From: Candidatus Rariloculaceae bacterium
Lineage (GTDB): Bacteria; Pseudomonadota; Gammaproteobacteria; Steroidobacterales; Rariloculaceae
Length of the DNA: 64,000 nucleotides
Reading direction: 5' to 3'
Assembly: GCA_045561025.1 (NCBI GenBank)
Contig: JBJKYM010000015.1
Location: 6,599 to 70,598, forward strand
Part shown: positions 8,730 to 20,460 of the stretch, one piece after another
Numbering within the stretch: the first letter of the stretch is position 1
How the letters are laid out: every line of letters begins with the position of its first letter
The notes under the pieces: model-generated
The model's database searches: none
What the model saw: only the letters and a program-made list of their open reading frames with translations
Told to the model about the DNA's origin: nothing
Position numbers and translations under genes: made by a program

Positions 8730-11700
8730 CTATGTTAGTCGTTCAATCTCTCGTATTGCGACGGACAGCGTCGCGAAATCGATCTCGCCGGATGTTTCCA
8801 TGTCGCGCAGATTTTGTTTGGCGCGTTTTACATCGTCCTTCGCTTCTGTCAGCCACGCGGTAAGTGCATCCTGGGGCGAGCCGCTTCCGCGACGCGCGAG
8901 AATCGAACGAACCAATGCATCCTGCTGCTTCGCGTGTTGTTCCCTTAGGGTCGCGCGAGCTGTCGCCGCCCAGCGACCGTCAACCTCCAGACCTTCAATC
9001 TTGTCCCTGATCCATCCAAGGCGCAGTCCTCGACCCAGTTCGAAATAGAGCGATGTGACGATCGAAACTGACGTCTTTCTATCGGCGGCAATCTCAATAA
9101 TGTCGAACGTCTGTGTGCAGCGCGCAAGGTCTGTGAGCCGGCGAGCCACTCTTGATGGAACACCCAGAGTCTGAAGCTGCACGATCTCTCGACGTCTCTT
9201 GTCGCCGATGCTCTCGAGCTCCGCTAATTTCCGGTGCACTCGCCTCACGCTGTTGCGATAGCGTGCAACTGCCTCCTCGATAGACTTGAGGTTCGCTCGA
9301 TTTCGCAGAAGCCAATATACGGCGTGGCGCATAGCGCGGCTGATCTGAAACAGCAGATCGTATTGCACTTCCGAGGGAATCTGATTGTCGCAGGCTTCGA
9401 TCTCCTGCCAGAGCTCTCGAATCTCGAAGATTTCGCGCACCGCCGTGTAGGCTCTTGCGATCTGTGCGGATGTTGCACCGGTATCTTTTTCAGCCCGGAT
9501 AGCGAAGGCGGCGCCCATGCGATTGATCGTGCTATCCGCGATTCGCATCGCGATAATCTCGCGGTGAAGCCGGTGACTGAGAATCGCCTTCTTGAATTTT
9601 CCGTGTAGCCGAGCCGGGAAATAGTTGACAAGTTCGCGAGATAAATAGGGGTCCTCCGGCGCGTCGCTGTCGATCAGATTGTTGTACAGGTCTATTTTCG
9701 CGTAGCTCATGATTACCGCAAGCTCCGGTCGTGTCAGACCGCTTTCCGACTTGCGCCTCTCGTCGAGCTCGTCTTCGCTTGGCAGGTTCTCCAATTTTCG
9801 ATCGAGAAGCCCACGAGTCTCGAGATTTCGAATCAGAGCAACGCTCTCGCCGAGCCGCGAACTCTTGGTGGCGCTCATCATGCTCAACGCTTGCGACTGG
9901 CTGTAGTTATTGCGAAGTACAAGCGCCGCTATCTCTTCGGTCATTCCCGCCAGAAGATCGTCGCGTTTCGCTACCCCAAGCTTTCCTTCCGCAATTGCTT
10001 TGCTTAGCAGGATCTTAAGATTAACTTCGCGGTCAGACGTATCGACACCGCCGGAGTTGTCTATAAAGTCCGTATTCAGTCGGCCGCCGCAGGTCGCGAA
10101 TTCAATTCGGCCCGCCTGTGTGATGGCGAGATTTCCGCCCTCGCCGAGGACCCGGCAGCGGAGAGAGTTCGCGTCTATTCGAACCAGGTCATTTGTCGGG
10201 TCGCGGACATCCGCGTTCGACTCCTGACTGGCTTTAATGTAAGTGCCGATTCCTCCGCTCCAGAGCAGATCGACCTTCATTCGCAGTATCGCGCGCACCA
10301 ACTCAGGTGGCGTGACACTCGAGCGGTTGAGATTCAGCAATTTCTGGACCTTACTGCTGAGCTCGATGCTCTTGCTATCGCGAGAGTAGACTCCGCCACC
10401 GTCCGAGAGCTTCGCGATGTCGTAGTCGTCCCAGCCGCTGCGAGGTCGGCGGAACAGGCGACGTCGCTCGCTGAAGCTGACCTGAGCATCCGGGTCGGGA
10501 TCGATGAAGATGTGGCGGTGATTGAATGCGGCAACGAGTCTGATATGTCGCGACATCAGCATGCCGTTTCCGAATACGTCGCCACTCATATCGCCGATCC
10601 CGGAAACAGTGATTTCCTGCTTCTGGGTGTCGATTCCAAGTTCCCTGAAGTGACGCTTGACGCATTCCCAGGCGCCGCGCGCTGTAATTCCCATGCCCTT
10701 ATGGTCGTAGCCGGCGGAACCACCCGAAGCGAACGCATCTCCGAGCCAGAAACTGTATTCCGCCGAGACTTCGTTCGCGTAGTCGGAGAACGACGCTGTG
10801 CCTTTGTCGGCGGCAACAACCAGATAAGGGTCATTGTCGTCGCGGCGGACAACTCGATCGGGCGGGACTATCTCGTCGTCAACGATGTTGTCCGTAATGT
10901 CGAGCAGGCCGCGGATGAAGTTCTTGTAACACGCGACCGCTTCGGTCCGAATCGCATCCTGACCAGATCCCGGGAGCTGTTTGCAGACGAAGCCGCCTTT
11001 CGCGCCGGTAGGCACGATCACAGTATTTTTTACCTGTTGTGCCTTCATGAGGCCCAGAACTTCGGTACGAAAATCTTCACGACGATCGGACCAGCGTAGA
11101 CCGCCGCGTGCGATTCCCCCGCAACGTAAGTGAACGCCTTCGAATTTCGGCGAGTAGACGAATATCTCGTACATGGGACGTGGCTCGGGGAGTTCCGTGA
11201 TTCCCGCCGGATCGAGTTTGCAGGAGATATACGGCTTCTCTTTTTCCTCGGAAAGCTGGTAGTAGTTGGTCCGAAGCGTCGCTTCGATCACGTTGGCGAA
11301 CGCACGCAATATTCGGTCTTCATCGAGCGTGGACACGCCGTCCAGTTGCTCTGCGATAGCGCCTGCACTGCTGCTCATCTGAGCTCGGCGTCGTTTATCG
11401 TCCAGATCCGGATCGAATTGCGCATGAAAGAGTTCGACCAGGGAACGTGTCAGGTTCAGGTGGCGACTGAGTACTTCCCGCATGTAGGACTGGCTGAACG
11501 AGAGCCGGGTTTGCAGCAGGTATTTACAGAAGGCACGTAGCAGCGAAGCCTCGCGCCACGAGAGTCCGGCGGTGACGACGAAGCTGTTGAAGAAATCGTT
11601 TTCTGCGTCGCCGACAAGTACCCGGCGAAAGCACTCTGAGAATCGTTCCTCGACTGAGACGGGGTCCAGGTCGATATCCTCGGTTGGCTCCAGTTCGAAG

Positions 11701-13535
11701 GCTTGAATCGCCAGACTCATCTCGCCCAGCGGAAAGCGATATACCCGTTCGCTCAGTACATTCATCCCCATCGATTCGAGAATCGGCAGCGCGGCATACA
11801 GTTGTATCGGTTCGTCACGTCGGATCGTGGTGAAGTTGAACGCGTGCGCTGCGTCCTTTGGCGCAGGCGTCAGGCTCATTTCGAGATCGCTGTCGCCGTC
11901 TGTTACCGCTGCGATTTTCTCGATCTCGTTCGCTGACTTCCGCGGATCGACCTCCTCCTGATAAGAGACCGGGAAGTTCTCTCCGAAGCGGTGAAATAGT
12001 CTCAATCCTTCGTTTGTGCCGAGTCTTTCGACGAGGGCGTGACGATAGCGATCTCGCCAGGTCTCGGCGATCGCCTCCAGCTCATCCTCGAGCTTCCCAA
12101 TGTTTGGTGCGGACTTGACGTCGGACGGAATTCGAATCGTCGCTTCGAGTCTTGCGAGCGCGGACTCGGACATAGTTAGCTTGCTTTCTATCGACGTGCC
12201 GCTGAAAGCCTTCAGCATTGTCTGTTCGATTCTTTGTCGTGTTCTCGGGTTGTACTGGTCCCGCGGAAGATAGACGAAGCAGGAGTAAAAACGACTGAAC
12301 GCGTCGCGGCGGCAAAACAGTTTTACCCGGTGGCGTTCTTCGAGCCGAAGTATCCCCGTGCTGATCCGCGCGAGTTCGACGGACGATGCCTGAAAGAGAT
12401 CATCCCGCGGGAAAGTATTGAGTATATGCTGGAGCGCCTTTCCGCTATGGCTCATCGGATCGAGCGCAGACTTTGCCATCACGCGCCGAATTTTCAGCCG
12501 CACCAGTGGAATGTCGCACGGTCGCTCGTTGTACGCCGCGGATGTAAACAGGCCGATAAATCGCCTGACGGCTTTGGGCTTGCCATCAGAGCCGAAAATT
12601 TTTACGCCGATCAGATCCAGGTGGCCGCTACGATGAATAGTGGAACTTGCGTCGGTCTTGGTAATGACCAGCGGCGTGGATGTTCGCCCAACCTTACTCG
12701 CGGTCGGGTTCAGGGCAATCGTCGGATTATCGACACCGGGACCGTCCCGGCTGATACCGAGCCCCGTCCCATCGACCGGATGCAGTCGGTCGCCGTTTTT
12801 GCCACGTCTGAGCCGGTATTCCCGATAACCGAGCAGCGTAAAGTGGTCTTCGCCGAGCCAACTGAGCAGCTCGCAGGATTCATTCAACACATCCGCTCGG
12901 TTCACCGCTGTCGCCCGGAGTTGTTCTTCGGCCGTCGCAAGTTCAGCCAGCATCGCGGGCCAGTCCTCGACGGCAGCGCGTACGTCGCTCAGCGTGTCTT
13001 CAAGGGCGGCTTTCAGGGTTTCCAGGACGTCTTCGTCGGTATCTTTGGATATCTCGATATATATGAATGACTCTGCTAACTGATCGCCATTCTCGCGCGA
13101 TTGCTTGAGATCCCTGAGGCGGCCCCTCAGCGTGCGCTCAGCGCCCAGAATCGGGTGGATGAGCAGTTCTACGCCGTGACCGAGCCGGTTCAGTGTCATC
13201 GTTACCGAGTCGACAAGAAACGGCATGTCGTCATTCACGAGCTGGACGATGGTCGCATCCGACTCCCAGCCATCGCGACCGACCGTTGGATTGAAGACGC
13301 GTACCTTGGCGGTGGCCGAAGCTCGATTCGCGCCGAACGTGATATGGCTCAGCGCTGCTGCCGCGAGTTCTCTCGGATCCCGGTAGCGAAGGTCGGTCTC
13401 CGGGACCGATGCAAAATAGGCGCGAAGCAGCCCAGCTCGGGTCGCCGAAAGCGGCGTCTTCAACTTCTGTCCCCGCGAGCGCTGGACGATCCTGTCGATA
13501 AGATCCCCGGCCTGGCTTGACGGTCTGCTACTCAT
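8730..13535 (-). CDS. gdhB: NAD-specific glutamate dehydrogenase, large (about 180 kDa) type
   Basis: 1601-aa ORF. The catalytic core [39 protein letters not shown] is characteristic of the Bac_GDH family. Confidence 0.92.
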   Translation of the reverse strand: MSSRPSSQAGDLIDRIVQRSRGQKLKTPLSATRAGLLRAYFASVPETDLRYRDPRELAAAALSHITFGANRASATAKVRVFNPTVGRDGWESDATIVQLVNDDMPFLVDSVTMTLNRLGHGVELLIHPILGAERTLRGRLRDLKQSRENGDQLAESFIYIEISKDTDEDVLETLKAALEDTLSDVRAAVEDWPAMLAELATAEEQLRATAVNRADVLNESCELLSWLGEDHFTLLGYREYRLRRGKNGDRLHPVDGTGLGISRDGPGVDNPTIALNPTASKVGRTSTPLVITKTDASSTIHRSGHLDLIGVKIFGSDGKPKAVRRFIGLFTSAAYNERPCDIPLVRLKIRRVMAKSALDPMSHSGKALQHILNTFPRDDLFQASSVELARISTGILRLEERHRVKLFCRRDAFSRFYSCFVYLPRDQYNPRTRQRIEQTMLKAFSGTSIESKLTMSESALARLEATIRIPSDVKSAPNIGKLEDELEAIAETWRDRYRHALVERLGTNEGLRLFHRFGENFPVSYQEEVDPRKSANEIEKIAAVTDGDSDLEMSLTPAPKDAAHAFNFTTIRRDEPIQLYAALPILESMGMNVLSERVYRFPLGEMSLAIQAFELEPTEDIDLDPVSVEERFSECFRRVLVGDAENDFFNSFVVTAGLSWREASLLRAFCKYLLQTRLSFSQSYMREVLSRHLNLTRSLVELFHAQFDPDLDDKRRRAQMSSSAGAIAEQLDGVSTLDEDRILRAFANVIEATLRTNYYQLSEEKEKPYISCKLDPAGITELPEPRPMYEIFVYSPKFEGVHLRCGGIARGGLRWSDRREDFRTEVLGLMKAQQVKNTVIVPTGAKGGFVCKQLPGSGQDAIRTEAVACYKNFIRGLLDITDNIVDDEIVPPDRVVRRDDNDPYLVVAADKGTASFSDYANEVSAEYSFWLGDAFASGGSAGYDHKGMGITARGAWECVKRHFRELGIDTQKQEITVSGIGDMSGDVFGNGMLMSRHIRLVAAFNHRHIFIDPDPDAQVSFSERRRLFRRPRSGWDDYDIAKLSDGGGVYSRDSKSIELSSKVQKLLNLNRSSVTPPELVRAILRMKVDLLWSGGIGTYIKASQESNADVRDPTNDLVRIDANSLRCRVLGEGGNLAITQAGRIEFATCGGRLNTDFIDNSGGVDTSDREVNLKILLSKAIAEGKLGVAKRDDLLAGMTEEIAALVLRNNYSQSQALSMMSATKSSRLGESVALIRNLETRGLLDRKLENLPSEDELDERRKSESGLTRPELAVIMSYAKIDLYNNLIDSDAPEDPYLSRELVNYFPARLHGKFKKAILSHRLHREIIAMRIADSTINRMGAAFAIRAEKDTGATSAQIARAYTAVREIFEIRELWQEIEACDNQIPSEVQYDLLFQISRAMRHAVYWLLRNRANLKSIEEAVARYRNSVRRVHRKLAELESIGDKRRREIVQLQTLGVPSRVARRLTDLARCTQTFDIIEIAADRKTSVSIVTSLYFELGRGLRLGWIRDKIEGLEVDGRWAATARATLREQHAKQQDALVRSILARRGSGSPQDALTAWLTEAKDDVKRAKQNLRDMETSGEIDFATLSVAIREIERLT

Positions 13536-13636
13536 TCCGGCTCGTTACTGTCCTGGGCAGGTCCTAGTCTGCGCTAATTCTCTGGTGCTCGCTTGTGTAA
13601 TACCACTAATGGTCGTGACTTGGCCGGTCATCGCCG

Positions 13637-14731
13637 CTACGGTAGGTGCGGCGCCGCCAGGTAGTCGTGACTTTGCATCTCCTCCAGACGGCTGCGAGTC
13701 CTCTCGAACTCGAGCGCGAGGCGCTCGCCGGCATACAGCGACGCGATCGGCGTCGCAGCCGACAGAATGAGCTTGACGCGTCGGTCATAGAATTCGTCTA
13801 CCAGGGCGATAAAGCGGCGCGCCTGATTCTCGAGCGTCCGGGTAAACTGCGGAACGTTCGAGACGATGACGGTCTGGTAGCAGCGGGAAATCTCGATGTA
13901 GTCCTCCTGGCTTCGCGGTCCGTCGCAGATCTGCGGGAAATCGAACCACACGACACCGTCCGCTTCTTTTCGACAGCGAATAGATCTTCCCAGCACCGAG
14001 ATGTGGACGTCGCTTCTGCCCTGGTCAGCTGCGATATCCGAAAAGTAGGTCGCGAGCTCTCGTTCTGCCTCCTGACCGATCGGTTGCTGATATACGCCAG
14101 CCCTTTCCAGGACTCTAAGCCGATAGTCCAGCTCGCCGTCGACGTGAACTGTTTCGGTATTTGCCTGGATGAGATCTATCGCTCCCAGGAACCGTTGCCG
14201 CTGTAAGCCGCTGTGATAGAGATCGTCGGGTTTGCTATTCGATGTCGCGACCAGCGTCACGCCACGTTCGAACAGCGCCTCAAAGAGATTGCCGAGGATC
14301 ATCGCGTCAGCAATATCCATGACGGCGAACTCGTCAAAGCATATGACGCGCGTACGATCAGCAAGGTGGTCTGCCGTAAGCTGCAGCGGATTCTTGCGCT
14401 GGCGAAAGAGTTTCAAATCTTCGTGAATTGAACTCATGAATCGATGAAAGTGCTGCCGTCGCTTATCCTCGAAGGGCAGGCTGTTAAAAAAAATATCCAT
14501 CAGTAGCGTCTTGCCGCGGCCGACGCCACCCCAGAGATAGACGCCTTTCGGTCGTGGTGGCCGGTTACGGGTCATGCGTTCCAGACGCCGCCGCCAGCCG
14601 CGGGGCAGCGGTCCTGCGAGGAGCAGACCCTCATAGCATCTCTGGAGGGCCTGAGCAGCGGATGCCTGCGCCGGATCGTCGGCCAATTCTCCATCGGCCA
14701 CACGCTTTCGATATGTCTCGAGTGGCGTCAT
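13637..14731 (-). CDS. zapE: cell-division protein ZapE (AFG1-like ATPase)
   Basis: Walker A in context GVYLWGGVGRGKTLLMDIFF and Walker B VICFDEFAV; 364 aa. Confidence 0.85.
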   Translation of the reverse strand: MTPLETYRKRVADGELADDPAQASAAQALQRCYEGLLLAGPLPRGWRRRLERMTRNRPPRPKGVYLWGGVGRGKTLLMDIFFNSLPFEDKRRQHFHRFMSSIHEDLKLFRQRKNPLQLTADHLADRTRVICFDEFAVMDIADAMILGNLFEALFERGVTLVATSNSKPDDLYHSGLQRQRFLGAIDLIQANTETVHVDGELDYRLRVLERAGVYQQPIGQEAERELATYFSDIAADQGRSDVHISVLGRSIRCRKEADGVVWFDFPQICDGPRSQEDYIEISRCYQTVIVSNVPQFTRTLENQARRFIALVDEFYDRRVKLILSAATPIASLYAGERLALEFERTRSRLEEMQSHDYLAAPHLP

Positions 14732-16671
14732 GATTCGGCGAGTTCCTGTCGATCACGGAAGTAGTTCAGTGCGGTCGGATTCGCCAGCGCGTCGGTATTG
14801 CTGACTTCACGGCCGTGGAGAACGTCGCGAACAGCGAGTTCGACGATCTTGCCGTTGATCGTTCGTGGTATATCAGCGACTTCAAGTATCTTCGCCGGTA
14901 CGTGCTTCGGGCTCGCATTGGCGCGTACACTATCGCGTAGTCGATTTCGAAGATTCTCGTCGAAAATGTGTCCGGGCTGCAGGCGGACAAAAAGCACTAT
15001 GCGGACGTCGTCCTCCCAATCCTGACCGACCACGATGCTCTCGGCGATCTCGTCGAACTGTTCGACGACACGGTAAATTTCCGCCGTACCAATACGTACG
15101 CCGCCGGGATTCAGTACCGCATCCGAACGTCCATAGATAATGATGCCGTCATTTTCTGTGAGTTCCGCGTAGTCGCCCTGAGACCAGACTCCGGGGAAGC
15201 GTGAGAAATAGGCCGCGTGGTACTTACTGCCGTCCTCGTCGTTCCAGAACGCTAGCGGCATCGATGGAAAGGCCGCCGTACAGACCAGCTCGCCTTTCTC
15301 GCGGCGGACCGGGTAACCGTCACTATTATAGATTTCAGCCTTCATCCCCAGGGCTCGACACTGCAGCTCGCCCCGGTAGACCGGGAGGAGCGGATTTCCG
15401 GCGCCGAAACAGGCAATGATATCCGTGCCACCCGCCACCGACGAGAGCTGGAGGTCTTGCTTAATGTCCTCGTAGACGAAGTCGAAACTCGTCGGAGCCA
15501 GTGGCGAGCCCGTGGACAGAACGCTCTTTAGATGGTCGAGATTGACCCGTTCTCGTGGGCGGTAGCCGGCCTTTTCGAGCGCGCTCAGGTATTTTGCGCT
15601 TGTGCCGAATACTGTGACTTTCTCACGCTCAGCGATCTGCCAGAGCACTTCAGGACCGGGATGGAATGGTGAGCCATCGAAGAGCAACAACGTCGCACCG
15701 CTCGCGAGCCCGGAGACGAGCCAGTTCCACATCATCCAGCCGCAGGTCGTGAAATAGAACACGACGTCGCCAGGCTTCACGTCTGTATGAAGAACATGCT
15801 CCTTCTGGTGCTGAATCAGCGATGCGCCGGCGCTGTGAACGATGCACTTCGGGTTGCCCGTCGTGCCCGAGGAATACATGATGAACAGAGGGTGAGAAAA
15901 CGGCAGCGGTTCGAATACGAGCGGCGCATTGTCCGTGGAGAGCTCTCCAAACAATGTTGCGTCGGGAAATTCACTGAAGTCCGGTTCGTCCTCCATATAG
16001 GGAACGACAATCAACGCGCTCAAATTCGGCAGCTCGCGGGAAATCCTGCCTACCAGCGGTCGGGAGTCGATCGGTTTGCCGTTGTAGCTGTACCCGTCGG
16101 CTGCGAACAGCACCTTCGGCTCGATCTGACCGAAGCGATCGAGGACCCCCGCAGCACCGAAGTCAGGTGAACACGACGACCAGATTGCACCGATGCTCGC
16201 AGTCGCGAGCATTGCGACGATCGCTTCGGGACAGTTCGGGAGTAGCCCCGCCACGCGATCGTTCTTCTTTACCCCGAACGATCGCAGTGCCGCGGAGACA
16301 CTGGCGACCTGTTGCCGCAGTTCATCCCAGCCAAGTTCGACCCGGCGCCCGTTCTCGGCGTACGCGATGATCGCAGTGCCTTCGTATTCGGGGCGAAGCA
16401 GGTTGTCAGCATAGTTCAACCTGGCGCCGTTGAACCACTCGGCGCCCGGCATGCGTTGAGGATCGTCGAGTACGCTGGAGAAATCCGTTGTGGATCTGAT
16501 TCCGAGGTACCGCCAGGCTGCGGACCAGAACTCATCCGGCTTCTCGATACTCCAGCGATAGAGTCCGGTGTAGTCTGCGCTGTCGAGTTCGCCGCGGTGC
16601 CGCTCCAGAAACTCCTGCATATTGCTCGCGGCGATTCTCTGCGGCGAAGGCCGCCACATTGGCTCGGTCAT
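14728..16671 (-). CDS. acetoacetyl-CoA synthetase (acetoacetate-CoA ligase)
   Basis: 647 aa; AMP-binding motif [14 protein letters not shown]; N-terminus [18 protein letters not shown] typical of AACS. ATGA overlap with zapE. Confidence 0.85.
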   Translation of the reverse strand: MTEPMWRPSPQRIAASNMQEFLERHRGELDSADYTGLYRWSIEKPDEFWSAAWRYLGIRSTTDFSSVLDDPQRMPGAEWFNGARLNYADNLLRPEYEGTAIIAYAENGRRVELGWDELRQQVASVSAALRSFGVKKNDRVAGLLPNCPEAIVAMLATASIGAIWSSCSPDFGAAGVLDRFGQIEPKVLFAADGYSYNGKPIDSRPLVGRISRELPNLSALIVVPYMEDEPDFSEFPDATLFGELSTDNAPLVFEPLPFSHPLFIMYSSGTTGNPKCIVHSAGASLIQHQKEHVLHTDVKPGDVVFYFTTCGWMMWNWLVSGLASGATLLLFDGSPFHPGPEVLWQIAEREKVTVFGTSAKYLSALEKAGYRPRERVNLDHLKSVLSTGSPLAPTSFDFVYEDIKQDLQLSSVAGGTDIIACFGAGNPLLPVYRGELQCRALGMKAEIYNSDGYPVRREKGELVCTAAFPSMPLAFWNDEDGSKYHAAYFSRFPGVWSQGDYAELTENDGIIIYGRSDAVLNPGGVRIGTAEIYRVVEQFDEIAESIVVGQDWEDDVRIVLFVRLQPGHIFDENLRNRLRDSVRANASPKHVPAKILEVADIPRTINGKIVELAVRDVLHGREVSNTDALANPTALNYFRDRQELAES

Positions 16672-16788
16672 ACAGGCGCCTCCGGGCGCTCGTCAGTCGT
16701 CGACAGGTGCACGATGTTACAATGACACTCCTTCCTACTACAGTCTTCTGCGTCCTTGTATACCTTTCGACGCCGAGAGAGGGAGTGC

Positions 16789-18432
16789 ATGGATAGAGAG
16801 ACCATGGAATTCGATGTCGTCATCGTCGGTGCGGGACCGGCGGGGCTTGCTGCTGCGTGTCGTCTCGGCCAGCTCGCTGTCGCCAATGGCGTCGAGCCGA
16901 ACGTCTGTGTTGTGGAGAAAGGCTCGGAAGTTGGGGCGCATATTCTGTCCGGCGCAATTATGGAACCCCGCGCTCTCGATGAGCTGTTTCCTGATTGGCG
17001 AAACCAGGGCGCGCCCGTCGGCGTACCTGTCGGCACCGATACGTTTCACTGGCTGTTTAGCGACAAGTCGGGAGTCAAGGTGCCGGGTCTCTTCGTGCCC
17101 GGGCCGATGCACAATCACGGCAACACGATTCTCAGCGCCGGACGATTGTGCCAATGGCTTGCCGAGCAGGCGGAATCGCTGGGGTGCAACGTTTTCCCAG
17201 GATTTCCAGCGTCAGAAATACTCTACGACACCGATGGTCGCGTTGCCGGCGTCGCGACGCGCGACATGGGTATAGCAGCAGACGGCTCGGAGAAGCCCGG
17301 CTTCGAACGTGGCATTGAACTACGCGGACGGCATGTAATTTTTGCGGAAGGGTGTCGAGGTAGCCTTGGCAAGGAACTCGAGTCCAGGTTCTCGCTGCGG
17401 GCCGACAGCGATCCGCAGCACTATGGGATCGGCCTGAAGGAAATCTGGAGCGTTTCGCCTGACAATCACGTCCCCGGTAGCGTCGTTCACACGCTCGGCT
17501 GGCCGCTCGATAACCATACTGAGGGTGGCGGCTTCCTCTATCACGCGGAAGATAATCAGGTATATGCAGGGTTCGTTATCGCTCTCAATTACCGCAACCC
17601 GCACCTGAATCCCTTCGAAGAGTTTCAACGCTGGAAGCAACATCCAAAAATCCGCTCTGTACTGCAGGGCGGATCGCGAATCTCGTATGGCGCGAAGGCC
17701 GTTAATAAAGGTGGGCTTCAATCGCTGCCCACTCTAAGTTTTCCCGGTGGCGTAATGATCGGCTGCGAAGCCGGTTTTCTGAACGGTCTGAAGATCAAGG
17801 GTATCCATACTGCGATCAAGACCGGCATGCTGGCGGCGGAGGCGATCGTTGCCGAACAACAGGGTGCGGGTAGCGCGGAGGATCTTTACCCCGCTGCAGT
17901 CCAGGATTCCTGGGTCATCGGTGAACTGAGCTGCGCGCGCAACTTCAGTCCCGCCCTGGCGCGGTTCGGTACAGTCGTCGGTGCTGGACTCGCATTCGCC
18001 GAACATCGGCTCTTATTCGGCCATGCGCCGTACACGCTGCACAACCGACAGCCTGATCATGAGAGCCTTGAAACTGCAGCAGACACTGTGGAGATTGCGT
18101 ACCCGGCGCCCGACGGTGTGATCTCTTTCGATTTGCTTTCGTCCGTTTATTCGTCCAATACGAATCACGGCGAAGACCAACCATGCCATCTGCAGCTGCA
18201 GGATGAATCTCTGCCGATCGAGCACAATCTGCCGCGATATGCAGAGCCCGCTCAGCGTTACTGCCCGGCCGGCGTGTACGAAATAATTGCCGAGGACAAC
18301 GCGAAGCCCCGAATGCAGATCAACGCGCAGAACTGTCTGCACTGTAAGACCTGCGATATCAACGATCCGCTGCAAAACATCTGCTGGGTTCCTCCCGAGG
18401 GCGGTGGCGGACCTAATTACTCCGGTATGTAG
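16789..18432 (+). CDS. electron-transfer flavoprotein:ubiquinone oxidoreductase
   Basis: FAD motif FDVVIVGAGPAGLAAA, C-terminal 4Fe-4S ferredoxin-like CLHCKTCDINDP and ending NYSGM. Start placed at ATG 16789 after a GAGAGGGAG RBS. Confidence 0.9.
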   Translation: MDRETMEFDVVIVGAGPAGLAAACRLGQLAVANGVEPNVCVVEKGSEVGAHILSGAIMEPRALDELFPDWRNQGAPVGVPVGTDTFHWLFSDKSGVKVPGLFVPGPMHNHGNTILSAGRLCQWLAEQAESLGCNVFPGFPASEILYDTDGRVAGVATRDMGIAADGSEKPGFERGIELRGRHVIFAEGCRGSLGKELESRFSLRADSDPQHYGIGLKEIWSVSPDNHVPGSVVHTLGWPLDNHTEGGGFLYHAEDNQVYAGFVIALNYRNPHLNPFEEFQRWKQHPKIRSVLQGGSRISYGAKAVNKGGLQSLPTLSFPGGVMIGCEAGFLNGLKIKGIHTAIKTGMLAAEAIVAEQQGAGSAEDLYPAAVQDSWVIGELSCARNFSPALARFGTVVGAGLAFAEHRLLFGHAPYTLHNRQPDHESLETAADTVEIAYPAPDGVISFDLLSSVYSSNTNHGEDQPCHLQLQDESLPIEHNLPRYAEPAQRYCPAGVYEIIAEDNAKPRMQINAQNCLHCKTCDINDPLQNICWVPPEGGGGPNYSGM

Positions 18433-18479
18433 GACTCAAGCGGTCTTTGTCTCTAAAATAGGGGACTCTGCCACCGTCG

Positions 18480-19336
18480 ATGGGAGCCGGGGACATCAGC
18501 CAACGTTCTCAAGAGATACCGAGCTGGGCCAGTCGCTTGCTGCGCGTTCGGCGGCGTTATTTGCCGGGCGCGATCGTGGTTCTCGCGACCGCATCCGTCA
18601 GCTTCTCTCAGGAGTGGCCGCAGGGGCTATTGGAAGAGACCGTCGCAGCGCAGGCTCGTATCGACAGCGAGTCAGCCAGCTCCCAGCTCAGAATGCAACA
18701 CTGCAGGTGCTTGCCAGGCAACCGGCCGGCCGCTATCTGGCGCTGGCCGAGGGTCTCTCCGCTGCAACGAGCGGCGTGGTGCCGATGGCGCTGGATCCCA
18801 GCCGCGGCGACATTCTCGGCCTGCTGATACAGTCTCCGAGCCTGTTCGAACGCATTCAGCAGGGTGGTATCGTCGGCTATGTCATCATCTGGATCAGGTC
18901 CAGGCCGGTGGAATCGGCAATATCTCGATTGCCGCAGAGCCGGTCGAATAGCGGAGTCACAGGAAACGCTGGATCTGCTTCTCTCCGCCTGGACGCTGGC
19001 GCACGAGTTCGATAGTGCGCTAGCGGTAATTGACAGGCTCGCGCCGCTGTCGGGGATTCTTCGTGCCTTGTGCGCAAGGCGCGGCTGCTCAGTGAGCAGG
19101 CGCGCTGGAACGAAGCCATAGGAGCGGCAGAGGCCGCTCTCGCCGCAGGCGGATTGGAAGACAGCGGCGAAACGCTGCTACTGAAGGGCGTGGCGCAGGC
19201 AGAGCTCGGTCGCTACGACGAGGCGCTTGCGACTCTCCAGGAAGTGAGTAGCCAGGAATCCACAGCGGCGACCAGCGCCGCGGCCTGGAGCGACTACGTC
19301 AGAGATCGTCAGCAGGCTGCTGCGAGTCTGCGCTGA
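18480..19336 (+). pseudogene. decayed relic of a TonB2-type cluster: N-terminal fragment of a long MotA/TolQ/ExbB-family gene joined to the C-terminal part of a TPR protein, with frameshifts
   Basis: Frame 1 gives a signal peptide plus coiled region (AIVVLATASVSFSQEWPQGLLEETVAAQARIDSE). After a frame change, LDPSRGDILGLLIQSPSLFERIQQGGIVGYVII matches the segment just before TM1 of long ExbB/TtpC-like proteins, then homology ends near 18900. TPR-like text QETLDLLLSAWTLAHEFDSALAVIDRL and RKARLLSEQARWNEAIGAAEAALAAG...LLLKGVAQAELGRYDEALATLQ lie in two further frames. Confidence 0.55.
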
Positions 19337-20069
19337 TGTCGCGAGCCGCGAGGTCCGGTTCATCCAGGATGGCAAGCAGCGATGCTCGCGAGGCCAGCAT
19401 CACACTGCGAGCCGAATCGAATGCGTCGGGATGAATCGGCTCACCGATCGAGATCCCAAGCGGTCCGGGCGCCGGTAACCATTCGTGAGCCGGCAACTTC
19501 GCGCGCGCGCCATAGATAACAACCGGCACCACGGGAATCTTCGCCCGCCAGGCTGCACCGAATGCTCCGGGTTGAAAACGTCGCAGACCGGGCTTGTCGT
19601 CGAACGTCCCTTCAGGGAAAAATGCCAGTGCGTCCCCCTCTCTGGCTGCCTTGAAAAGCCTTCGAGTTGCCTGTTGCCGCTGGCCGCTGTTCTGGCGATT
19701 GACGAACTCGGAGCCGATTCGTCGCAGCAGGTAGCCGGCGAATGGGAATCGGGCCATTTCCTCCTTGATTACGAAAGTAAAACGGGCGGGGAGTGCGGCG
19801 GTCAGAATGATTCCATCCAGATAGCTTGCGTGGTTCGCGACGACGACACAGGCACCGTCGGGAAGTTCGCTGCCCATTGACCGAACCGGGCTGCCGATCA
19901 AAAAGAAGAACAGTCGAGAGAACCAGCGGGTCACGCGGCGGCGGGTCGGGCGTCCGGGCGTCACGACCAGCAGTAGCAGTGCCGGAATGAAGGCGAGCAG
20001 CAGCGCGATCCAGGCGTAAATACCGTAGGTGACGTGGCGCAAACGGCCGATGGTCGCGGCAGCACCCAC
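19299..20069 (-). CDS. lysophospholipid (1-acyl-sn-glycerol-3-phosphate) acyltransferase family protein
   Basis: N-terminal TM followed by the acyltransferase HX4D block VVANHASYLDGIILTAA and FPEGT block; 256 aa. Confidence 0.8.
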   Translation of the reverse strand: MGAAATIGRLRHVTYGIYAWIALLLAFIPALLLLVVTPGRPTRRRVTRWFSRLFFFLIGSPVRSMGSELPDGACVVVANHASYLDGIILTAALPARFTFVIKEEMARFPFAGYLLRRIGSEFVNRQNSGQRQQATRRLFKAAREGDALAFFPEGTFDDKPGLRRFQPGAFGAAWRAKIPVVPVVIYGARAKLPAHEWLPAPGPLGISIGEPIHPDAFDSARSVMLASRASLLAILDEPDLAARDISADSQQPADDL

Positions 20070-20460
20070 AGTTATGTCAAAGCTCCGTCGATCGGAATGG
20101 GATATGTCACACTCGGAACAGCGCTTTTCTGTGACAAGTGTCTTTTTATATTAACGATTTCATGGATTTGTGATGCTGGTCACTCTCACCATCCTGAGGC
20201 TCGCGCATACTCGCCTGCAAGTGGTATTAGACTTGGAAAGTCGAAGCCCGGCGCCGTAATGCGCTGAATTATATAGTTTTCTCTGGTGTCTTGGTACGCA
20301 CAGGGATGTGCATGTAGCAGAACTTGCCGCGCAGATTGTTGCGGAGGGCTGCAACCGGTCCACCGGAGTGAGAGAAGGACATAGAATGGCCCATAACTTT
20401 TTACACTCAAGCTCATCCTTAGACGTCGGACGTAACGGCCCGCAGGATTCGAAAGTCATC

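Noticed and set aside
8800-13520. About 20 ORFs of 60-280 aa on the plus strand or out of frame inside the giant glutamate dehydrogenase gene. Similar shadows occur inside most other genes, e.g. 56626-57537, 30390-31154, 31863-32693 and 57876-58550.
   Set aside because: They overlap a long ORF with strong family motifs, have Arg/Ser/Pro/Ala-rich low-complexity translations typical of GC-rich antisense frames, and lack recognisable motifs or RBSs.
18287-19015. The 242-aa ORF overlapping the end of the ETF-QO gene, considered as an intact gene.
   Set aside because: Only its middle portion carries ExbB-like sequence. The 5' part overlaps ETF-QO out of frame and the 3' part is low-complexity. 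It is better explained as one frame of a frameshifted relic.
20070-20460. A 390-bp intergenic region between the acyltransferase and xerD genes with a locally AT-rich patch, checked for a tRNA, sRNA or small gene (ORFs 20160-20483, 20186-20416).
   Set aside because: No cloverleaf or conserved RNA motif is recognisable by eye, and the ORF translations look random. It most likely holds divergent promoters. An Infernal scan would be needed to exclude an sRNA.
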